DNA from: Octopus vulgaris
Taxonomy: Eukaryota
Reading direction: 5' to 3'
Assembly: GCA_951406725.2 (NCBI GenBank)
Contig: OX597818.1
Span: forward strand, 133,052,001-133,116,000
Length of the DNA stretch: 64,000 bases
This document shows, in pieces, positions 55,081 to 64,000 of this stretch. Made by a program: the position numbers and the translations under genes. Position 1 is the stretch's first letter; each line of letters begins with the position of its first letter. The notes beneath the pieces are model-generated. The model had not been told where the DNA came from. It did no database searches and worked only from the letters and a program-made list of their open reading frames with translations.

Positions 55081-55448
55081 TATATTAAATTAGAGATAAA
55101 ACCACTATTAGGCAAATCAAACAATGAAAAACTTAAGCCAATACATAAAATTAATTAATTTATATTATTTTAAATATATATCAAAAGTATTAAAAGTTTA
55201 ATAAAAGATAATGAGTAAAACTAAGATAAATATTTCAATTACCTGAAGATTGACTGTAACCATAACTCGAATTATTACGAATTGGACAGCCATGAAACGA
55301 TCGTAGTGTTTTACTCATTATCTTTTATTAAACTTTTAATACTTTTGATATATATTTAAAATAATATAAATTAATTAATTTTATGCATTGGCTTAAGTTT
55401 TTCATTGTTTGATTTGCCTAATAGTGGTTTTATCTCTAATTTAATATA
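55081..55448. repeat. Near-perfect 141-bp inverted repeat with an 86-bp spacer
   Basis: 55081-55221 is the reverse complement of 55308-55448 with about one mismatch by eye. Confidence 0.92.
55240..55308 (+). ncRNA. Type I hammerhead motif in the spacer of the inverted repeat
   Basis: UAC-CUGAAGA-U-UGACUGU..ACAGCCA-U-GAAA-CGAUCG-UA-GUG. Palindromic helix III; U/U at the base of stem II. Confidence 0.7.
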
Positions 55449-55536
55449 ATATAATATTTTACTATAAAATTGGATTCAATCCTAAATCTGATTTTTCCCT
55501 GTAAGTTTCGATTTATTCCCTAATATTTTATTATTA

Positions 55537-55577
<41 letters not shown>

Positions 55578-55581
<4 letters not shown>

Positions 55582-55894
55582 CGTCACTGTGATCACCATG
55601 ACTGACCAGGCTATAAGATGTTGCTACATATCGTTGGTCACAATGCACTTCACATTGTTTTAGCCTTCCAATGACACCACCCTGCTGGCTAAGCAAGCAG
55701 GCCAACGGAAGAAAGAGTGAGAGAAAGTTGTGGCGAAAGAGTACAGCAGGGATCGCCACCACCCCCTGCCAGAGCCTCGTGGAGCTTTAGGTGTTTTCGT
55801 TCAATAAACACTCACAACGCCCGGTCTGGGAATCGAAACCACGATCCTACAACTGCGAGTCCGCTGCCCTAACCACTGGGCCATTGCGCCTCCA
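55578..55894 (-). mobile_element. tRNA-derived SINE family D
   Basis: Minus strand GGAGGCGCAATGGCCCAGTGGTTAGGG...GGTTTCGATTCCC (A and B boxes), embedded in (TA)n. Confidence 0.85.
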
Positions 55895-56720
55895 TATATA
55901 TATATGTATGTATGTATGTATGTATAACACGCAAGGTAGCAAGTTCTAAAATCTCTAAACAAGATATAAGTAGTAACAATTATAGATGGTTAAATTTTTT
56001 GCCACTATAACATGGCTGTTCTATACAGAACTGTGTTACTACATTTTAACCCCAGGAAAATGTCTTTCCCAGCTGGTTAATGACATACAACCAGTGTCTT
56101 ATATATTGAGAGTAAGGGAGAGAATCACTCACCTTCAGCTTCTCTGTTTATATATTGTGAGTGGAAACAATTGACTGCCATCTCTAGCGGGCAGGTATCC
56201 AGTACTTATGAGGTATAGAAACTTTGAAACTAATATTTGCTTTCTAGAATGAAACAAGGTTAAATAGTAATGGAATCTTAATACACAATGGTTTCTCTCA
56301 TTGGCTTATAGCCACAAATTTTGTTCCTGAGCATTTGTAGTCACTGGAATTAATATCAGTGGATGCAGGTTTCAAACTCAGTGGCACAGACGGATAATAA
56401 GATAATACCTGGCACACAACTACTACTACTACTACTACTACTAATATTATCACCACCACCACCATGGCCACTACTGCTGCTTATACATACACATATACAT
56501 GCATGTATATATATGTGCATATACACATATGTATGTATATATGCATGTATATATACACACACACACACACATATATATATACATATACATATAAATACAC
56601 ATACATGCACATGCACACACACATATGTATATACACATATACATATATATATATACGTATATATATATATATATATACACATATGTATATATATATATAT
56701 ATTGTATATATATATATATG

Positions 56721-56817
<97 letters not shown>

Positions 56818-57420
56818 GTCTGTGTGTGTATGTGTGTGTAAAATATGGATTGTATGATATTTGAAAAAAAAATCAGTTTCTAAGCTGTTAGGTCACCTAT
56901 AAAAATCAAAATGACAATGTAAATGACCATGTTTTCTTTTACACACTACAGCTGCTCAAGTGAAACGAATGATGCAAATTTCTTATGACATATTTTCCCA
57001 AATATGTAAAAATTCCTTCTTTTCGATGTTCTGTTTAATATTTTTGCTGTGCTTAATTCTCCAAGTATACGAAGAGTCATTAATTCTTGAGGGATCAGTG
57101 ATACTTCTACAGTGAAAGAATCAAGTCATTTAATCTGATATACACCACCGTATTTCTGCTAGCCATCAATGTTTGCAACAGTTGCAAAAGGAAAGCCAAT
57201 TTCTACAGAGTAAGTTATATATGTCTACTTATGTTATAGCTTGTCACATATTGATCCAGCTGTCAAACCACAGATGTGGCATTTGGCAGATAAATGCACA
57301 TTTAACAAAATATAAATAAAATGATCTAAACAGCGTTAAAATCAAAATGAAGAAAATAAAAATAAAATGAAGAAAACTTGAGTTGTCTACTCTGAGTATA
57401 CCAAACCTCTTTGTTCTTAC

Positions 57421-58020
57421 ATATCCTGACAGACAGAACAATTGAATACCTATTTCTTTACTACCCACAAGGGGCTAAACACAGAGAGGACAAACAAGGA
57501 CAGACAAACGGATTAAGTCGATTATATCAACCCCAGTGCGAAACTGGTACTTATTTTATCGACCCCGAAAGGATGAAAGGCAAAGTCGACCTCGGCGGAA
57601 TTTGAACTCAGAACGTAATGGCAGACGAAATACGGCTACGCATTTCGCCCGGCGTGCTAACGTTTCTGCCAGCTCGCAGAACAATTGAATACCACAGAAC
57701 AGATACCATTATATATGACATAATAAAAATAATAGAGAAGGCCCCTATAATTGACATTGCAATTCCTTCAGACAAAAGATTGCAGACAAGGAAGTAGAAA
57801 TTAAGTACGATGATTTAAAAGTAGAAGTATCAAGAATGTGAGGATGTCCAGCAGTAAAAGTAATATCAGTCATATCAATTTTATCAGGGCATTGGGTTCA
57901 ATTCCCAGAAGAATCATCATGTCACCTGGAGCATTTTGGACACTGAGATAGATCTGTAAGTGCTCTCCAAAAGTCTTCTCTACTTAGAACAGCTCATATT
58001 CTTAGAAAGGTACTCTCAGT
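57421..58020 (+). mobile_element. R4/Dong-like restriction-like endonuclease remnant interrupted by SINE B (57451-57677, minus)
   Basis: After removing the SINE and one TSD: ILTDRTIEYHRTDTIIYD...IIDIAIPSD...KYDDLKVEVSRM...ALGSIP...LQKSSLLRTAHILRKVLS. TSD AGAACAATTGAATACC at 57435-57450 and 57678-57693. Confidence 0.85.
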
Positions 58021-58119
58021 CCAAGTCCTTTCATTAAGGTTTGACAATTTAAACAAAGAAGAAAAAAAATAACAAAAGTCATTATTTTGTATCCATTACA
58101 GTGCAATGAAAAATAATAA

Positions 58120-58238
58120 TGATGGTGGTGGTGGTGGTGGTGGTGGTGGTGGTGGTGGTGGTGGTGGTGGTGGTGGTGATGGTGGTGGTGGTGGTGGTGG
58201 TGGTGGTGGTGGTGGTGGTGATGATGATGATGATGATG
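58120..58238. repeat. (GGT)n(GAT)n microsatellite
   Basis: Directly visible. Confidence 0.95.
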
Positions 58239-58889
58239 CAATGAAACCTTAAGTGACATTAAAAAAAAATGTTGTGTTTCCTACTTTCATGCAAGGTTTT
58301 GCTACAATTATGGAAGGCCCAGCAGAAAGATAATTGACAGGAGATATTTTCTAGCATCACCATTAAGTTGATGCTAATATTTGCTACAATTAAGGTAGTG
58401 AGAATCACAGAATCATTAGCATGCCAGGCTAAATGCTCTGTCTATATGCTCTGAGTTCAAATTCTGTTGAGGTCAACTTCACCATTCATCTTATCAGGGC
58501 CAATAAAATAAGCACCAGTTGTAGACTGGGGTTAAGGTAATCAACTTAACCCCTACCCCAAATTTGTTGGTCTTGTGCCAAAATTGGAAACCAATATTTG
58601 TTGCAACCAGTGCTATTACAAAATTGCATTTTACATTTTCTGCAGTTATGATATAACTTTTTATTTTCAGTCAGGAGGCCAGCAGTACCCATGACTTTTT
58701 ACAGGTTCTCAGAGACTGATATAACAGAGGGAGGGCAGTATCTTCATACCAGATACTTTACCCAAGCGCTTTCAACAGAGTAGACTACACTAAAAGCACT
58801 TGTTGTTAGACGTGGTGATATATTAAGCCAAAGCAGCATTTGAACTTATGAAGCAAAAAGTTGAAACAAATACTACAGACCATTCATTT

Positions 58890-59710
58890 TAATTCATTGG
58901 CATTTAAACTGGCCAGATCTGGCCCAAATATTCTACTTGTTTAATGTTTCAAACTGACCAGAGTTAGCTTCTTACTCCTATTCTACACTGTCATTCTAAA
59001 ATTTAAAAATCATATCATTGAAATCTCAAAGCTAGAAGATGGTGCATGATTAATTCAAAACAATCATCATCATCATTATCATCGTTTAACGTCCGTTCTC
59101 CATGCTAGCATGGGTTGGACGGTTCGACCGGGGATCTGGGAAGCCAGAAGGCTGCACCAGGCTCCGGTCTTATCTGGCAATGTTTCTACAGCTGGATGCC
59201 CTTCCTAACGCCAACCACTCCGTGTGTGTAGTGGGTGCTTTTTACGAGCCACCTGCACTGGTGCCAGGCGAGGCTGGCATCGGCCACAGTCGGATTGGTG
59301 CATTTTACGCGCCACCAGCACGGAAGCCAGTCGAGGCGGCATTGGCTTCGGCCACGATTCGGATGGTGCTTTTTACGTGCCACCGACACGGAAGCCAGTC
59401 GAGGCGGTGCTGGCATCGGCCACGATTCGGATAGAGAATAAATAAACATTATACATGACAGAGTTAAGGCGACAAGCTGGCAGAATTGCTAGCATGCTGG
59501 GCAAAATGCTTAGCAGCATTTCATCCATCTTTACGTTCTAAGTTTAAATTCCACCGAGGCCGACTTTGCCTATCATCTTTTTGGCATTGATAAAATGAGT
59601 ACCAGTTGAGCACGGGGGTCAATGTAATTGACTAGGCCCTTCCCCACAAATTTCAGGCCTTGTGCCTATAGTAGAAGGGATTATATTTGACAGAGTAATG
59701 TGGATGTTTA
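58890..59710. mobile_element. piggyBac-type MITE interrupted by a family C tail (59063-59432, minus) and SINE B' (59467-59688, plus)
   Basis: MITE sequence is homologous to 26572-26785. TGACAGAGT is duplicated around B'. Confidence 0.75.
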
Positions 59711-60560
59711 TATTCTTATAGTTCTTCCAATCCACTATCCTAAATTGGTAATTCTTATCAACCCTGAAAAGATGAAAGATGAAGTTGATCACAGCATGAT
59801 TTGAATTCAGAGAGCAGAGATTTGAAAAAGATACCATGAAGAATTCTATCAGCCCCCGCCAATTAATTGCTTGTGACTCTACCAAATCACTGCTATCTGT
59901 ATATTAAATATATTGCCTATACTTCAAACTTTACTTAAGGGATTCAATGGAGTAAGTTTAATATCTATAAAGACTTAAAGCTAGAATCAGATATTTCTTA
60001 AGATTTCTGGTGAAACTGAGAATTTTTTACTTGTTTATAATCCATATTTCTATACAAGCATAGAATATGATAATATTTTTGAGAGCAATTTTGTGTTTGT
60101 TTTTTTTTTTTTTTTTATTTTTACACTTGAATGCCTTTTATACAACTAAACACTCAACCATGAATGAGATGTGGAAACTATTGTTAGTCAAGTAAATTAG
60201 GAAAAAACAAAACACTATTGATGAAGTCTAACACAGCTTATCTTTTTTTTTTAATAGGTTAGCCATTATCAAACTTGAATTCTATCTTTAATTATTTCCC
60301 TTTTCGTTACCTATTCGATAATGCCAAACCTAAAAGACCTGCTCCATATTTTTCTTGACTGTTTTTATTTTCTTTCGTTTGCAGTAGCATTTACGCATTT
60401 ACTACACTTTCATAGAATACCATGAAAACACTTGATTACTATACACGTTAAAAAAGTAATTAAAACTTGTGTTACAGCTAGTTTTTGCTTTGATTTATGT
60501 GAAGTTGGATTATACAGACAATAGTTTGTGTTTATCTCTCTCTCTCTCTCTCCCTCTCCC

Positions 60561-60600
<40 letters not shown>

Positions 60601-61241
60601 TCTGTGAAATTCTAACCGATGTTCTGAAACATAATATAGCAAACTTCTCCTTGTCTAAACAAAGAGTAACCTTTCGTCGTTGACAAAGAAAAGCAGAAAA
60701 AGAAGAAACAGGGTGTCCTGCTGAACATTTCCTAGCCTAATAAACTTCAATCAATACAATAATATTATACCTTCCATCCTTACTGGTCCCGTCACTTACA
60801 GAAACCACTGCTCATAATATTTAGAGCAGGACAATATACAATGTATTATCATTGTATGCTATACAATTCCTTTGTGCTTTCGATGAAGTGCTTTTCACTA
60901 TCAATCTGTTTGCTTCCTATTCATTCATTTATTGCACTGTCTCAATGATATCGTAGTTCTTACTACTTCTTCTCCTTCACACATACAAATAGCAAGTCCA
61001 TGTTCTCATAAACTACAGAATTTCCTTTATTAATATTGTCAAACAGTTTATTATGCACACCTGCAACTTTTCAATTCTTTTAGGTAAGACACTTTTTAAT
61101 CTTCTGCATCTATTATAGCACTATCTACTCAAATCGACATCTTCTAAATTCATTTAATCTTCAATCCCGTAGCTAAAATTTTATAAGTTTTAATTTTGTA
61201 TTCTGCTAGAACACTAGAATAATAAGAAAATATAAATAAAA

Positions 61242-61660
61242 CAGGCACAGGTGTGATTGTGTGGTAAGAAGTTTGCTTCCAAACCACAGGGTTCTGGGTT
61301 CAGTCCCATTGCACGGCACCTTAGGCAAGTCTCTTCTACTATAGCCTTGGGCTGACCAAAGCCTTGTGAGTGGATTTGGTAGGTGGAAACTGAAAGAAGC
61401 CTGTCATACATATATGTATATATCTATGTATGTGTGTCTTTATGTCTTTGCTTGCTCCCCTCCACCACTTGACAGTTGGTGTTAGTGTGCTTACATTCCC
61501 ATTACTTTGCAGTTCAGCAAAAAGAGATCAATAGAATAAGTGTCGTGTTTATATATAAGAAAAATAAGTCCTGCGGTTGATTTATTCAAATAAAACCCTT
61601 CAAGGCGTTGCCCCAACATGACCGCAGTCAAATGAATGAAACAAGTAAAAGATAAAGGAT
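61242..61660 (+). mobile_element. SINE family A, degenerate
   Basis: Matches family A. Confidence 0.85.
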
Positions 61661-61849
61661 GAAATAAAATGAATTGTATTTGCAGTGTTGATAAGATTCC
61701 TTTCTAATTAGTCACTAGTATATTGGTAGTCATATCAGCTACCAAGATACTTTAAAAAAATTAGTGTAAATTCTGCATGTGTATGATTATATCACGGCAA
61801 ATACTTGCTTCAGTGGTTAATATCAATGCAAGGTAACTACATCATGTTC

Positions 61850-62726
61850 CAATATATCATTGGTAAATCCATCTTCCGCAATGACTGGCCTCCGTGCTGA
61901 GGGCACGTAACAAACACCATCCGAGCGTGGCCGTCCGCCAGCCTCGTCTGGCACCTGTGTCGGTGGCACATAAAAAACACCATCCGAGCGTGGCCGTCTG
62001 CCAGCCTCGTCTGGCACCTGTGTCGGTGGCACATAAAAAACACCATCCGAGCGTGGCCGTCCGCCAGCCTCGTCTGGCACCTGTGTCGGTGACACATAAG
62101 AAAACACCATCCGAGCGTGGCCGTCTGCCAGCCTCGTCTGACACCTGTGTCGGTGACACATAAGAAAACACCATCCGAGCGTGGCCGTCTGCCAGCCTCG
62201 TCTGGCACCTGTGTCGGTGACACATAAGAAAACACCATCCGAGCGTGGCCGTCTGCCAGCCTCGTCTGGCACCTGTGTCGGTGGCACATAAGAAAACACC
62301 ATCCGAGCGTGGCCGTCTGCCAGCCTCGTCTGGCACCTGTGTCGGTGGCACATAAAAAACACCATCCGAGCGTGGCCGTCTGCCAGCCTCGTCTGGCACC
62401 TGTGTCGGTGACACATAAGAAAACACCATCCGAGCGTGGCCGTCTGCCAGCCTCGTCTGGCACCTGTGTCGGTGGCACATGAAAACACTATCCGAGCGTG
62501 GCCGTCTGCCAGCCTCGTCTGGCACCTGTGTCGGTGGCACATAAAATCACCCACTACACTCTCGGAGTGGTTGGCGTTAGGAAGGGCATCCAGCTGTAGA
62601 AACACTGCCACATCTGACTGGCCTGGTGCAGCCTTCGGGCTTCCCAGACCCCAGTTGAACCGTCCAACCCATGCTAGCATGGAAAGCGGACGTTAAACGA
62701 TGATGATGATGATGATGATGATGATG
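61850..62726 (+). mobile_element. Family C element with ten 62-64 bp tandem units (61915-62547)
   Basis: CACCATCCGAGCGTGGCCG anchors at 61915, 61978, 62041, 62105, 62169, 62233, 62297, 62360, 62424 and 62486. GGACGTTAAAC(GAT)n tail. Confidence 0.9.
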
Positions 62727-62946
62727 CCAGCAGTAAATGCATCCTCATGCTTTTTATCCACAGAGTAAATACATTGCTAAGCATTTTTTAAAGTTTTAAT
62801 TCACAGAGAAGTTACATGGCATTTTATTAACTATGATAAAGTAATGCAAAGACAAATGATTATTAACATAAAATTTACTCGAGATATACACGAAAAAAAG
62901 CAAATCAGTTACTTTTAAAAATAGATTTGTAAGCATGCACACTCTC

Positions 62947-62977
<31 letters not shown>

Positions 62978-63504
62978 CCCTCTCGCTCTCTCTCTCTGAA
63001 TCACATACTCTCTCTCACACATTCACACACACAATTTCTCTCATATAAACATACACACACACAAAAATGCAGTAAAAAGACAACACACTTCTAAACTGGA
63101 AGAAAGGAAGACATAAAAAAAATTATGATCTTAAATAATCTAGTTTTTGCACTTTTGATATTCATTGACAATGCATTAAATTCTTGCTGCACTAACTTTA
63201 TATTTCTTTTTATGACAAGGAATTTCTGCACCATCGATATACTGTTTGATTATTATTTCATTTCTTGAATGTTTCTTTTCAGGATTTCAGAAATTTTCCA
63301 GATTCATAGGATGAAATTTTTATTTTTGAATTTCTTTCAATGAATTGCAACATATTTGTTCTGTGAATAAAAGCTTTAAATGTTTACTGAGGTATTTATT
63401 CTATGGTTAAAAAGCATGAGGCTAAATTTTGTCAATGGTATATTCTGCATGACAATGAATTCACCAACAATATGTTGGTGAAGAGGACTGGCTTGCAAAG
63501 GTCC

Positions 63505-63710
63505 TGAGTTGGTACCATGTAAAAAGCACTTGTGCTGATGCGATGTAAAGGCACTCATGCCAGTGCTATGTTAAAAGCACCCAACATACACTTATAAAGT
63601 GATTGGCATTAGGAAGTGCATCCAGCCATAGAAAACCAAGCCAAATCAGGTTCAGCTCTCTGGCTTGCCAGCTCTAGCTAAATCATCCAGCATGGAAAAC
63701 AGACATTAAA
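63505..63710 (+). mobile_element. Family C tail with three units of about 24 bp
   Basis: CCATGTAAAAAGCAC-like motif three times, then AGGAAGTGCATCCAGCCATAGAAA. Confidence 0.7.
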
Positions 63711-63849
63711 AGAGGAGGAGTAGGAGGAGCAGGAGGAGTAGGTGGAGGAGGAGGGGGAGGAGGAGGATATTGGCTTACAAAATAATTCCCTTGCAATAAA
63801 ACTACAATGTGTATATACAGCAATATAATTTTCAATATAATTTTCTAAA

Positions 63850-64000
63850 GGCGGCGAGCTGGCAGAAACGTTAGCACGCCGGGCGAAATTCGTAGCCGTA
63901 TTTCGTCTGTCGTTATGTTCTGAGTTCAAATTCCGCCGAGGTCGACTTTACCTTTCATCCTTTCGGGGTTGATAAATTAAGTACCAGTTACGCACTGGGG
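63850..64000 (+). mobile_element. SINE family B (runs off the window end)
   Basis: GGCGGCGAGCTGGCAGAAACGTTAGCACG...GAGTTCAAATTC. Confidence 0.92.

Noticed and set aside
55820-55894. tRNA-like sequences at SINE heads
   Set aside because: They continue into SINE bodies and lack complete cloverleaf pairing, so they are not called as tRNA genes.
57113-57209. Possible first exon MFATVAKGKPISTD spliced to 58671
   Set aside because: The joined frame stops after about 30 aa and there is no independent support.
61823-62680. 285/227/213-aa ORFs and a CRISPR-like appearance
   Set aside because: The ORFs are translations of a tandem repeat. Units are near-identical with no unique spacers, there are no cas genes, and the context is eukaryotic.

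Overview
AT-rich, microsatellite-dense eukaryotic (animal) DNA, almost entirely intronic/intergenic. The repeat content is what I would expect of an octopus or other cephalopod genome; that is inferred from repeat style, not verified. Almost all ORFs in the supplied track are artefacts of microsatellites or repeats. The one well-supported host gene fragment is a pair of in-frame plus-strand terminal exons at 68-110 and 194-377. A candidate small membrane-protein exon lies at 40139-40311 (minus). The rest is about 20 copies of one tRNA-headed SINE, more than 12 copies of a second, RTE-type 3' tails carrying locus-specific tandem arrays, CR1/RTE/Tx1/R4 LINE remnants, two Tc1/mariner remnants, two non-autonomous Helitrons and TTAA-flanked MITEs. 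The most interesting signal is six type I hammerhead-ribozyme motifs from four unrelated sequence families. One has a fully canonical core (34537-34617, minus). All have a short, mostly palindromic helix III, sit in short elements embedded in (TA)n, and are associated with direct or inverted repeats. This matches Penelope-like element pseudo-LTRs or retrozyme-like elements. Four of the six cluster within 34.2-36.5 kb. All structures were read by eye; nothing was computed or searched.
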